Source: Nageia nagi (Eukaryota; Plantae; Pinophyta). Taken from it: DNA of 64,000 nt. The notes beneath the pieces were generated by a model. That model did not search any database, had not been told where the DNA came from, and was given only the letters and a program-made list of their open reading frames with translations. The stretch is from assembly GCA_050084985.1 (NCBI GenBank), contig JBITNC010000001.1:143592001-143656000 (forward strand), written 5' to 3'. Below, piece after piece: positions 12,397-24,690 of this stretch. The position numbers and the translations under genes were made by a program. Every line of letters starts with the position of its first letter. Position 1 is the stretch's first letter.

Positions 12397-14397
12397 ATGC
12401 TATCTCTTCAGAAAATGATTGCATTTTCTGTGTCGCTCATACTGTCATGGCCGTTGGTTGCCACCAAGACCTTCATCTTCAATAAGTTCAACAAATCAAG
12501 TATATTGTTAATAAAGGATGCTTGTATACAATCTGGACAAGTGCTCACCCTTACAAATCAGTCTGAGCTTTTACTTGGTCGAGCTCTATACCCTACTCCG
12601 ATAAGATTGAAGAAAAGTAATAGGAGTAATGTAGTAGTTTCTTTTAGTACTACCTTTGTGTTTTCAATTGTGATTCCTGCTCACGGCCCTGGTGGGCATG
12701 GGCTGGCTTTCATCATGACTCCTAACAAGTCCCTCAATGGCGCCATGGCATCCACGTACCTTGGCTTATTCAATAGGACGACAAATGAACTTGAATCAAA
12801 CCATCTATTTGCAGTGGAGTTCGACACACATTTGGACATTGGATATGGGGATATCGATGACAACCATGTTGGCGTGGATCTTAACAGCCTTAAGTCAGTA
12901 GTTTCTCAGCCTGCAGGCTATTGGATTGACGGAAACATTCAGAAATTGTATCTAAAAAGTGGAGAGAATATCCAAGTCTGGATCGATTACGAACGTCTTC
13001 GTGACCAGCTTACTGTAACTCTTGCGTTAGCCGGGATGGAGAAGCCTACCAAGCCACTGATATCACTACGAAATTTCAATCTTTCTGTAGTTCTGAAAGA
13101 AGAGATGTATGTGGGGTTTTCGTCATCTACGGGATCCACAAACGTTGAAGATCATTATATTCTCCGCTGGAGCTTCAGCACGGACGGTGAGGCGCCGGAT
13201 CTTGATCTCTCCGGTCTCCCCTCTTTTGTCAGAAAGAAGTCCATCACTCAATCCGGCAGATTCAAATCGGGTATTGCTCTAGCATCCGTTATTGCCCTTA
13301 TGGTCCCTGTTTTCTTTGTATTCTGTTGGCTGAGGAAGCAGAGGATCAGAGAATCTATTGAGGCGTGGGAGTTAGAGTATTGGCCTCACAGGATTCCCTA
13401 CAACGAGCTAGTTGCTGCCACACAAGGGTTCCGAGATGGGCAGATCTTGGGTTTTGGGGGTTTCGCTCGGGTTTACAAGGGCATTCTTCCCAAAAATGGC
13501 CTCCAAGTTGCAGTGAAATGCATCACGAAGGATTCCACGGACGGAATAAAGGAATTTATCGCCGAAATTTCGAGTGTGGGTCGTCTCCAGCACAGGAACC
13601 TGGTCCAACTACGAGGATGGTGCAGAAAGAATAATCAGCTCTTCATCGTCTATGATTATATGCCAAACGGAAGCCTTGATAAGATGATATTCGGGAACCC
13701 AAAGGAAGTTCTCCCCTGGTCTCAACGCTACTCTATCCTCAAGGACATAGGGACGGGACTCTTGTATCTTCACGAGCAATGGGATCAGAAGGTTGTTCAC
13801 AGAGACGTCAAGTCCAGCAATGTGTTGCTCGATTCGGACTTCAATGCCAAGTTGGGGGATTTTGGGCTTGCTCGTCTATATGACCATGCTCAAAATCCTG
13901 AAACAACTCGGGTAGTGGGAACTGTTGGATATATTGCTCCGGAAGTTACGAGCACAGGCAAAGTATCTCCGAGCTCTGATGTGTTCAGCTTTGGGATTGT
14001 TATACTTGAAGTTGCGTGTGGAAGAAGGCCGATTGATCAGTCCAAGGATCTGGACCAAGTAGTTCTGTTAGATTGGGTGAGGCTTTTGCATAAAAGGAGG
14101 AAACTGCTGGATGCTGTGGATCCAAATCTCAATGGCGACTACGACGCAGAAGAGGTGGAGAGAGTGCTGAAAGTGGGGGTTTACTGTTCTCATCCTCAGC
14201 CGCAATCAAGGCTTGGCATCAGAACAGTGCTAAAGATACTGGAAGGGGAAGCTCAACCTCCAGACGATGAGATCCCCTCCCTATCTTCACCTGAAATGGA
14301 TTCTAAGCAATACAGCTATATTCTCCATGAAACTGATGAAGAAAAATCTTCATCGTTACCATTTTCTTGGAAGTGCGGGGATTACGAGAGCCGTTAA
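12397..14397 (+). CDS. LecRK-S.1-like: L-type (legume) lectin-domain receptor-like Ser/Thr kinase, LecRK-S.1-like, 666 aa, intronless
   Basis: First ATG at 12397 gives a signal peptide (MLSLQKMIAFSVSLILSWPLVAT). Lectin_legB motifs GRALYP, SFSTTFVF, GHGLAF, FAVEFDT, DIDDNHVGVDLN, MYVGFSSSTG. TM helix GIALASVIALMVPVFFVFCWL; juxtamembrane WELEYWPHR. Kinase motifs VAVKC, HRDVKSSN, DFG, GTVGYIAPE. No stops; CpG retained. S.1-type assignment is by recalled motif similarity; orthology is not proven. Confidence 0.95.
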   Translation: MLSLQKMIAFSVSLILSWPLVATKTFIFNKFNKSSILLIKDACIQSGQVLTLTNQSELLLGRALYPTPIRLKKSNRSNVVVSFSTTFVFSIVIPAHGPGGHGLAFIMTPNKSLNGAMASTYLGLFNRTTNELESNHLFAVEFDTHLDIGYGDIDDNHVGVDLNSLKSVVSQPAGYWIDGNIQKLYLKSGENIQVWIDYERLRDQLTVTLALAGMEKPTKPLISLRNFNLSVVLKEEMYVGFSSSTGSTNVEDHYILRWSFSTDGEAPDLDLSGLPSFVRKKSITQSGRFKSGIALASVIALMVPVFFVFCWLRKQRIRESIEAWELEYWPHRIPYNELVAATQGFRDGQILGFGGFARVYKGILPKNGLQVAVKCITKDSTDGIKEFIAEISSVGRLQHRNLVQLRGWCRKNNQLFIVYDYMPNGSLDKMIFGNPKEVLPWSQRYSILKDIGTGLLYLHEQWDQKVVHRDVKSSNVLLDSDFNAKLGDFGLARLYDHAQNPETTRVVGTVGYIAPEVTSTGKVSPSSDVFSFGIVILEVACGRRPIDQSKDLDQVVLLDWVRLLHKRRKLLDAVDPNLNGDYDAEEVERVLKVGVYCSHPQPQSRLGIRTVLKILEGEAQPPDDEIPSLSSPEMDSKQYSYILHETDEEKSSSLPFSWKCGDYESR

Positions 14398-14746
14398 ACA
14401 AGCAGATGTTATACGGAAGATTCTGAATACCAGGTAGGCAGATAGGTGAATCTTCTGTGTACATGAGCTTCAATATTTACTTGGTTTATGAGTTCTTCTA
14501 CAGTTTAGTATGGCTTCCCACATGAAAGGCATTGTGGCATAAAATAAACAATTATTTCTTTGTTTGTTTTTAACATGTTTTTTATTCTTGAGTTATGTTT
14601 TTTTTGGCCTAACACAATTTCTGATTTGTAAGTTATTCGTTTACTTTGGATTGTGATGAATGTATTGATCAATCTAATTTGGAATAAAAAATTGAGCTGT
14701 GCTTATTAGTGCGTGCGTGAACAAACGTGATATCAACAATTTGATG

Positions 14747-14858
14747 GAGAATGTTAAGTTATTAGGGTTGATATATTAGATTTAAAAGTGAGAAAGTAGC
14801 AAGAGAATGTTAAGTTATTAGGGTTAATATATTAGATTTAAAAGTGAGAAAGTAGCAA
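14747..14858. repeat. Recent tandem duplication, 2 x 56 bp, downstream of LecRK
   Basis: GAGAATGTTAAGTTATTAGGGTTRATATATTAGATTTAAAAGTGAGAAAGTAGCAA occurs twice with one mismatch. Confidence 0.9.
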
Positions 14859-15815
14859 AAAAACAAAATCATTGCTACTATGAAAAGGAAGGATGATTTG
14901 GAGAATAAAGGTAGGCTAGTTCATAGGTCTTTCTTTCCATTTACAATTGAGTTTATTTTAATAAAATAATTTGGAGAGGAAGGATAGGCTATTTAATAAA
15001 TAAATATTAAAGAAGGGTTCAAAGATTGATTTTTATTGTGTATTTTTAAAGATGGTGATCATTTTAAAATTTTATCTTTGTATTAAATAATTTTATGTAT
15101 GTGTAATGAGTTGAGTGAATTGTATAATAAATCTTTGATTATAAAATTGGATAATAAGTTTCTATGTAGTATATAAGAGAAACAAGAGACAATTGTATTA
15201 TTAAAGATTGTACTTTATTTTCTCATGATGGTACTATAGTTTATGTAGATGTTCATTAGAGAGACTTTATCTATAGTTCCATATTTGTGATATGTAAGTA
15301 ATCATGCTATAAGTAAACCTTCTATGTATTCTAAACTATTAATTAGTTTTATTTTATTACTATATCGATTATATATATAATATTTTGATGAAATTGATCA
15401 TTTACATTTAACTTTTGATTTTTTGGAAAATATATTTTTATATGCTTTGGATACAAATTCTTAAATCATTTCTCCACCTAGTAGCTAGAGTAAAAAGAAT
15501 TCAAGTATCCTCTATTAAAATAATTCTTATAGCTCATCTTATCCTTGAGGTCCTTACCTCATATCTTTATACTCTTTGAGCTTTTAATTAACATCAAAAG
15601 CATAAGATCATGTCTCCCTTGATGTTGAGTATCATTTAAAATCTCAACCAACTTTTGACCATAAAATAGGTAATTGTTCAAAGCCTAAAACAATAGTCTT
15701 CTCAACATTTTTACATATTATTTTGTAAGAAATAACTATTTAAATGCTTAAATTATTTAAATATTTGATCGCAAAGGCATAGGTCTCACAAACCATTGAG
15801 TTTAAACAATCATAT

Positions 15816-16280
15816 AGGGGAGAGGACCCAATAGGTGAGCACATAGCAATGGCTGTGAGGGTTATTTTCATATATTTTTATATTCATAGAATATATTTGG
15901 TCCAATAGTTGATGCATCAAGTTATTAACTTTTTATAAATTTTTATGCTTATAAGTATAATACAAGTAATCATTTGAAATTTATTTTAAATATATCATTG
16001 ATAGGGGAGAAGATCTAGTTACGGTGCACTCTAACTTTACACCCATTAAAATCCAACTTAATAAAGTCGAATTGCTCTAAATTTTTTATAGCTTCTTCAT
16101 CGCTTAGTTTTCTATTTATAACTAAGGTTTTGAGTTGTCATCATCAAATTTGCTAGGTTAATCATATATGTAACTTAGCACTGAACTACTAGTGAAAGTG
16201 TAATTGATCTTGGGGGTTGTAATTGACACTGATTAGTATGAGTTTAAAAAGTGTTATTTTGGATAGTTTCTACTATTAGT
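15816..16280. repeat. Degenerate interspersed repeat / MITE-like ends
   Basis: TAGGGGAGAGGACCCA at ~15815 and TAGGGGAGAAGATCTAGTTACGGTGCACTCTAACTT at ~16002. A related end in the opposite orientation lies at 12179-12208. Confidence 0.35.
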
Positions 16281-16450
16281 TTAGATCAATGAAGTAAAAT
16301 ATATTAATTTATCCTCCTTTATATATACATTATAATCATAAATTTATGGTAATAATGTATATCTGCATTATTAAAATAATAATATTCTAATAATATATAT
16401 TAAAATATAACATTGATATATATCAAATAAATCAAGAATATATATATATT

Positions 16451-17966
16451 ACTTAGGTGAACTTCAAGTGAATGAAGGAGATGGAAGAGAGTGTAGAGTG
16501 ATGGGGTTGGAAGCCTTCTGGGAGAGTGACCCACCTCCTATGATCATTATCGAGGATTTAGATTTGGAATTAGACACCAATAAGCTATACAAGAATGTGA
16601 TCATCTATAAGATATGGGGGAAGCACCTAGATGGGAGTAAATCAAACTCTTCATCTTTGAACAATAGTCTGATACTACAACTATAACTTTGATTTCAAAT
16701 ACTTTCTTTATGGTTGAATTTCCTAATCAAAAGAAGAGAAACAACATTCTCAAATTCAAATACAAATGGTTCTATGGATAACATGATATTTTCATGTATC
16801 CCTTTAAGCCTAGGTTTAATTTGTTCAAAGACGAAGTTTAAGGTTAACTAGTTTGAGTCAAAATATTTGAAGAAAATAGGTGATCCATTGGTAAATATTT
16901 GTATTTGGAATCTCAAACAAAGGAGAACTTGGAAGAAACCCAAATTATGAGAAAGACTCGCTTGGTGGTATGGATGAAGATATCCTCTCCTTGACCACAA
17001 TCCATAAATATGGGTTCAAAATGGGGGGAATGGTCTCAAAATATAGAATACAAAACTTCTCTTATATATGTTATTTTTTTTCTCAAAGATACATATACCT
17101 AAATTGCAATTATCATAACATCCTTTCTCATTTTGGATGATTATAATCTATGAAGGAAACACAACAAGATATACAAGATTCTCATGTCCATGAAGTAAAT
17201 ATCTTTGAACATATCAATATTCCTAGAGTAAAGGAATTTCAATTTATAGATGTAAATATCATGGGCTATAGAATGATCTTAGAGTTGAACACTAGTGTCA
17301 AGGAAGATATGTTGGTTCCCTTCACATTAGTGATAAAATCTAATAAAATTATGAATTCTCTAGAGAAACATTCAGGGACCAAGAAACTCAAATATGACTC
17401 AGACCCATCGATTCAAGAGAAGGTGGAAGTGATGACTTAACCAACATCTATTCAATCAATAGCTTCACCAAAGTATGTGATACTTGTGATGAAGACTCCA
17501 TTAATAGCCTCTTTAAAATACCATAAATCAATCAATATGATTATTAAAAAAATAACTACTACATCAACTACAAACTATAGACTAAGAAAGCATCTAATTT
17601 TAGAATTAATGTTGAGCTGATGTATGAAAATTTGAAAGATGATTCTAAAGTAGAAATACAAATATATTATCTCAGAAGCCTAATGTCTAAGAATATATTC
17701 TTCACTCTTTCTTCTTTAGCAAAGAATATGTAGAAAGAAATATATAAAAGTAATGCTAACTATCAAACTTTTTTTCTTTGTAGTATTACCAAACCTTCTC
17801 TATAACAATCAAAATATAAAATAAAAAATCTACTAGTAAAGCTACCAGAGATGGAAGAATGTATGTTATAATTAGATACTGATTACTATTGAATATCTTA
17901 TTAAAAATTTTATAGGTTTTGGGTCCTTGTATAAAAATCCCCTCTTTTTTTAACATTAATTAAAAA
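16451..17966 (+). mobile_element. ORF1-only LINE derivative (decayed DUF4283/zinc-knuckle-type ORF1, A-tail, candidate TSD)
   Basis: Plant L1 ORF1-like remnants NVIIYKIWGK, FMVEFPNQKKRNNILK..KWFYG.HDIFMYPFKPRFN and MGSKWGEWSQNIEY. A-tail at 17962-17968. Flanks AATCAAGAATATATATATATT (16430-16450) and AATTAAGAATAGATATGTATT (17967-17987) match 18/21. Confidence 0.6.
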
Positions 17967-18124
17967 AATTAAGAATAGATATGTATTTCAAAAACTATAA
18001 ATATATATTTAATATATATATATTAAATTATTTAATAATTTAAATATAAATATTCAAAATACATTTTAATTTTAACAATATATTATATATTATTTTGGAA
18101 AAATTATAAAATTAATGTGAATGG

Positions 18125-18465
18125 AATGTGAGAAGGATTTATTTGATGAAATGAACTAAGAATTTAGGGGTAAGGTATAATAAGCATTGTGATAGTGGTG
18201 AATTTTGGTGCATTCATGTATAATGATTCATATTAGATATAATGTAATAAGACTCACTCATTTTATTAAAGTATTTATATACCTAATCCATTATGCATGT
18301 TTAAAAACAAGTAGAACACATACAAATGTTATTTTGTTGGGGTTAGTTCTAAGTACTTCATTAGATCAAAGAGTTTAAGGGAATCCTTTTGATAGCGATG
18401 AATTGCATATCATTCAGTAATTACATTCCATGAAATGTGTTTGTATCATGCATCTTATAAAATAA
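18125..18465 (-). pseudogene. PPR-derived fragment, paralogous to 7157-7497
   Basis: Collinear with 7157-7497, including the rc of SWN.I...Y..H...KD.LKLFDL and FVCVLL. Confidence 0.8.
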
Positions 18466-19893
18466 AGTGTTGAATTAGAATTCTCTATGCTTTTAGGCCT
18501 TTTAGAGATCAAATGATTGATTTTGCACAAAGAACCATACCCTTTTGTTTGTAGTCTAGCAATCCCATACCACTGAACTTCGTAGGGAGGAAATAGGTAT
18601 GCCAAGAAACTCTATGAAATATTTTTTCTTAATGTTATTAGTCCATATGAATTCCCATAGGATCTTTTTCATTTTGATATAATATGCTTATGAAGGAACC
18701 TAATAAGAAGAATAATATACATGGGAGGAAGCTAGCACTTTCAAACATATTTAGAATTTTTTAGCCAAGGAAAGATTATTCTCAATTCCATTAGTCTAAC
18801 ATTTTTTACACCTTGTTGATCACATAACTCCATAACTAGGAAGGAGATCGATAAAAAGAAAAAAAAAACCCAAGAAATTTGAAAACTTCTACATATGGGC
18901 TTAGGCAAAGTATACTATCCATAGAAAAAGATCTTCTTCCATTGAATGTTAGAACTAGAGACCTTGCAAAAGGTATTTAAAGAATCTATTACTTTAGAGA
19001 TAGATTTCTCATCTTCTTGGATGGTAAGGAAGGATTCATATGCAAAATGATCATTTATGAGTTGACCTTGATTATCAGGTAGGGAAATGCATTGAAATAT
19101 TTCCTTTAGAAGAATTTTAGGAAAGGAGGTAATCAAAATCTTCTACTACTGGAATGTAGAGGGAGGGTGTAAGAGGACATACTTGGCTTACCAAATTATT
19201 AATCCTATCTAATTCTATTTGGTAATTATTTAAAGAAAAGATTAGCAATATATAATGAAATAATATCTAGATCGTGTTGATGAACTAAGGTCCACAGCCC
19301 AAGGTCTCTAGTATAGAAAGAATAAATACCCATTCAATATAATCACAAGCTTTCTCAAAATTATACATAATAAAGAGGTCTTGTTAGTTAGATATGTGAG
19401 CCTATTCTATGCCTTCCCAAGATATAATAACATTATCCAAGATATATCTATTCTGAATAAATCCAATTTTTTCTAGGTGAACAATAATATAAAAAAGATC
19501 TCAAAGTTGTAAGGTCATATATTTAATAATTTTATAGTTGAAATTCAAGAGAATGATAGGTCATAAATTTGTAATGAGCTCTAGGTACCCTTTATTAGGG
19601 ATAATATTGATGTTACTCTTATTCATAAGGTTACTGAGAGAGCCTATGTATAAGGCATCTATATAAATATTGTGTAAATATGGGCCAATAAAATCCCAAT
19701 AAGAAATGTAAAATTCATAAGGGAAACCATATAGAATAGGGGCCTTTCCATTCACCATTTGAGAAAGAGTTTCCTTAATTCTTTAAGGGAAATACATTTG
19801 TCACACTCAACTCAAAGAAATAGCAAGCCACGAGATGGTACCACATCTTTGCATCACTACAAAGCCTGAGATCTTTGCATTGTTATAAAGCTT
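18460..19893 (-). mobile_element. L1-type LINE RT remnant, paralogous to 8658-10371
   Basis: ORF 19561-19758 (KAPILYGFPYEFY..WDFIG..IPNKGYLELITNL) and ORF 18915-19136 (NDHFAYES..., FADD-like region). Collinear with the copy at 8658-10371. Confidence 0.85.
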
Positions 19894-22718
19894 AATTGCT
19901 TGCTTATGGCCCATACTAAAATTAGCTCTGATCACATCCCTATACTTCTTCAAGCTTTTTCATTACTCCAAAAAGATGATTCCTTTTAAATTTAAATCTA
20001 TGTGGTTGACTTGTCCAAACATATTTGATAATATTCAAGAATGGTGGAATATTCCTACCAAATGCACTAAAATATTTTAATTATCCACTAAGATAAAGAA
20101 TATCAAGAAGGAATTAAAAAGGTAAAATTAGGAGGTCTTCAATTAGATTGATAGAAGTCAAGAAGCTTAGAAAATGGAACTCAAGGATATTGAATTAACA
20201 ATTCAACATGAGGGAAGGAGTGAAGAGTTAGAAGAAAGAAACAAATACACCAAATTGAAGCTACTTGAAATCCTTAAAAATAAAAAAAAACTCATTGGAA
20301 GAAAAAATTAAGAGTGTATTGTGTTAAAAAAGGTGATAGAAATACTAAATTCTTCAAATTTACAACTCTAATAAGGAGAACTTTCGATAGGATTTGAGAA
20401 CTTATAATCGATAATGGGAAGCTAGTAATAGAGGATGAAGAAATAAAATAAACAACAGTTGAGTTCTATAAAAATATTCTAACAAAAAGCTCAAAAGTAG
20501 ATTAAAATGTATCAAAAATATTACTTATAAACATTTCAAATATGATCAATGATGAAGATAATTAAAGATTAGTAAAACCATTTTCTAAGGAAGAAATTTA
20601 TGTTTCTCTTTTTGATATGAACCTAGATAAAGCTCATACTTTGGATGGACTCTCTGTAAAGTTTTTTCAATCTTATTAGGAAATAGTAGGAAAATATGTG
20701 ATGAAAGCCATCTAAGAGTTTGAACAAAAGAACTCTCTATTGAAAAATTAGAACATAATCTTTCTAGATTTGATTCCCAAGGTACAATGAGCAAACCACC
20801 TTAAAATTTTTAAACCAATAAGTTTATGTAATATGGTTTATAAAATTATTACTAAACTACTTGGCAACCAAATGAGGAAAATTCTATCAAAGATAATTTT
20901 TGAAGCATAAGATGGCTTTGTCAAAGAGAGATAGATAGTAGATGGGAAAATTTTAATGCATGAAGTAGTCCATATGATTAAAAGTAATAACCATGAAGAA
21001 ATGTTTATCAAACTAGACATGTAGAAAACATATGATAAAGTATCATGGTAATTATTAGATCAGGTACTATCTATGTTTAGATTTGGGACCTAATGGAGAA
21101 AGTGGATACAATTATGTATCTCTCCAGCTACCTTCTCATTATTAGTGAATGGAAAACATGATGGCTTCTTTAACAAGTCAACGATTAAGATAAGGTGATC
21201 CAATTTCTTTGTATCTTTTCATCACCATGGATGAAGCTCTTAGGAAAATAATAATGAGGGCCAATAAGTCAAGGATAATTCATGATATTAAATCATATCC
21301 AAACTACCATAATGTCACCATTCACCAATTTATAGATGACATAATATTAGTAGGGAAAACAAGGCTTTTAGAGGAAATTGAGTTCAAAAAGATATTAGAT
21401 AACTATGAGAGAGCTTTTAATTAGAAGATCAATTGTGAAAAAACCAGTATTTTCTTCTTCAACACCCCTTTGAAAAGAAGGGAAAGGATTGCAATAGTTT
21501 TTTAGTATCAAATTGGTATCTTCCCTTGAATATACCTTAGAATGCCACTATTTTTTGGAAGAATTTAGAAGGATTTCTATAATGGAGTTATGAACAAATT
21601 TGATATAAAATTATCAATATGGAAAGGGGAACTTCTAAGTATAGCAAGAAAGATATAGCTTGTAAAAGTCACACTACAAAGTATTCCAAATTATAACTCT
21701 AATAGCTTCAAAAATGATCAAATTTATGCTAGATTTATCTAGACTAAGGTTGAACAAAAAAGAAGGATTTCTTTGGTAACTTTGACAAAATTTTGTAAAA
21801 AAAAGAAAGGAGGACTAGGAATGAGACAAATTAGATTGGTAAATCAAGTGTTTAGAATCAAACTTGCATGGAAACTATTTGTAGGGGAATAAAAGGAGTG
21901 AATTAGAATATGTAAATAGAAAGACCTAGAGGGAGAAAGAAATCTCATTATAAGAAGATTCCCCTCCAAAGGATCCATATTTTAGAATGGCTTGGTAGGA
22001 GTTTGAGATTCCCTTCGGCATAATTCTTGGTGGAAAGTGTATAGTGGAAGTACTATTCTATTCTAGGATGAAATATAGTTGGGAAAGGTGCCACTTGTAA
22101 AAGAAGTTGAATTCTCCCAAATAATGAATTGAGAAAAAGTTATTATAGAGATTAAAATTTTAAGCTACATGAGTAGAAGGGATGGTGATAATATGGAATG
22201 GTGTCTTCCTCCAACATCTAACCCAATCATTGGATCTCAAATTAAGAAGCCAAAATAAAGATTGAACAAAGTCAAGCTTTTCATTACATAGAAGGAGGAT
22301 ATCCTTGTTTGGATAGATAAAAAATCACACTCAATCAAAATAGGATACCATAGTTTGAATACAAATGAGGTAAAAAATTGAAAAATTAATTGGGAGAAAA
22401 TACAAATAAAAGGAATAATTCCAAAAGTATCATGTTTATATTGGGTTGTAGTGTTGAAAAAATACATACTCATGATAATATAAAGAAAAAAGGATTGAAA
22501 ATGCCTAATAGGTGTGTAATGTGCAAAAAAGAAGAGGAAACAGTTGATCATTTACTAGTTCAATGTGAGTATGCAAGTAAGATTTGGGGTAGGATGGCAC
22601 AATAGTTATAGTTATAATGGGTGAGACAAGCTTTGATAATGAAGGTTATTATTTTATGGGGGGTACCTTGGTCTCAATAAAAATCTAGAAGAGTCTAGGT
22701 AATGTATCCTTGCCTGCG

Positions 22719-22820
22719 CTATGGACCCTTTGGAAGGAAATAAATATCCAAATGTTTAAGAAATGTAGACTATGGACCCTTTGGAAGGAAATAAATACCC
22801 AAATGTTTAAGAAATGTAGA
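22719..22820. repeat. Tandem duplication, 2 x 51 bp, inside the LINE
   Basis: CTATGGACCCTTTGGAAGGAAATAAATAYCCAAATGTTTAAGAAATGTAGA occurs twice with one mismatch. Confidence 0.9.
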
Positions 22821-23234
22821 TAAAAATTGGAGGAAACTCTCTAAATCTATCTAAAAATAGTAGTAGAAAACTTGGAGGCATGTGTAAAAGTGATCCTTGA
22901 TAAAGATACTAAGCTAGTAGGGATGGTCAACTTACTTCTCATAGAGTCTCATCTTGATTCTACATTAAATGAGGTATGGAGGTCGATGGTAATTAGATGA
23001 TGTTGACAAATTTAAAATACATGATTATAGGGATAAGGAGTACTAAATAATGTTAATTTATTAATCTCCACAATACCTCTAATTTTTAAGCCCTGCGATA
23101 TAATAAATTAGCATGGCAAACTTAATGGACCTCATAAACTTTTAAGTGATGAGAAAAAAGGTGGTACATCTCATTTCCACCAACTTGATATAAGTGTCAT
23201 TATGAAGTAGTGAAAACTTTGGGAGCTACATGTA

Positions 23235-24690
23235 ATGGGGAAAGCTAATAGAATATAGATGAGTAGTGTGGAGGAGCTAAAGCATGATATGGTTTATTGG
23301 AAGCCCTCCAAGAAGGGGGGATCAAGCATTTTCTTCAGCATTATAGGGGATTTGATCCTAATATAACTTAGAAAGGGGTGAGAGGTTGGAAGGGAAGCTA
23401 TACCATTACTAGCTATGTGAATATCAACCTCTCAAAAGAGGTAATTATTGTGTCTCACAAAATGAGAATGCACAAAAGGTTGTTAAAAAGAAACACCAAG
23501 GTAATGGATAAGGAAATGTTAGAATTCTATGGTCCTAGGGAGACTAAGGTTAAATACAAGACAAGGATCAATTGAAAGGATCTAGTTGCACCCTAGGATT
23601 AGATAACTTTCTATGTAATAAAATATTTTATCCTAGATAAACACTACATGGTCATCTTTGGATCACACCTAGTTCTTCTGAACCACTTTCACTAGGGGAA
23701 TAACCTCAAAGTGTGCATTCCATTCTTCCTAGTACATTATATGAAAATATAAATAAAAAAAAGGTAAGGGATGAAGTGAAGAAGAATATCTAACACTAAG
23801 GATTAATTATATACATATATCAAAAGGCTTTGTTCAAACAATTAAAAGCACCCTCAAAAGTTGGAGAACCTAAAACTCAAGAAAAAATTAAGGGAAAGAA
23901 AAAAGAGGAGCCAAGGATAAAAAGTAGGGAAGAGGAAATTTGAGGAGACTCAAACACATGCAAGAACCATGAACTAACCCAATCAACAAGACCAACCACA
24001 CCTAAGGCTAGATGAATGGGAACATAGGCATCTATTAGAAAAGGTAAAACTCATGTTTCCCCTCCTTAGTTTCCTAGTAGGATTAGGATCAAGGTAGATA
24101 ATAATGTCTTGGATGAGGAAATATCTTCAAGGGATGAGAATTTTAGAGATACAATTGAGAATGTGATTGAAATTTAGCCAAAATCCCAAGCTTCACTCTT
24201 TTAAGAAAACATAGCTCCTCCAACAAACAAATCCCATCTAATGTAGACTAGGAAGATTCCCTTCAACCTTCCCCCAACCACAACTTAGAGTGAACCCTAC
24301 CCTTCCCAAGGATGTAAAGAAAGAGAATGTTCAAGAAAAGTGTAGCCAGAGTAAGGAGGAAAATGGGGAGAAGAATAAGGCATATTAGAGCAATGTACAC
24401 AATAAGCAGTCTCTGGTCCCCTCCTAATGAGCATTGACTAGTATCCTAGAAAAGTCTAAGAAGGAAACTAAAGTAGCTCTAGATCCTAAAGAATCTTTAG
24501 ATACTATAGACCCTCCTAAGGCATCAAAAATTATTAATTTCACCCTAATCTCTTGGATTAAAGATGAGATCCTCTATTCCATGATGAATAGATCTTCTGT
24601 AGGGGAAGCAATGGAATAATTCTTTATGGAAACAAGGAACAATAGGCACAAAATTATGAAGAAGACTAGGGAGAAGGAAAACATGATGTA
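23235..24690 (+). pseudogene. Decayed extra ORF downstream of LINE ORF2 (globular N-terminal domain plus K/E/S/P-rich tail)
   Basis: ATG at 23235 reads MGKANRI*MSSVEELKHDMVYWKPSKKG. After a frameshift in a G-run it reads IKHFLQHYRGFDPNIT*KGVRGWKG...ITFYVIKYFILDKHYMVIFGSHLVLLNHFH*GNNLKVCIPFFLVHYM. ORF-track fragments 23378-23575 and 24434-24619 fall in it. Confidence 0.55.

Noticed and set aside
12681-14058. Short antisense and alternative-frame ORFs inside LecRK
   Set aside because: Expected shadows of a GC-richer coding sequence; no recognisable motifs.
14428-14452. 3'-UTR intron donors after the LecRK stop (CAG|GTAGGC, TAG|GTGAAT)
   Set aside because: No acceptor or transcript evidence; such motifs occur by chance.
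12179-16037. LecRK captured inside a TIR element
   Set aside because: The related repeat ends face away from the gene, so they belong to separate elements.
23296-23340. RNase H start motif (WKPP-like) after LINE ORF2
   Set aside because: No KLNxDG or other catalytic residues follow; the segment reads better as part of the separate ORF starting at 23235.
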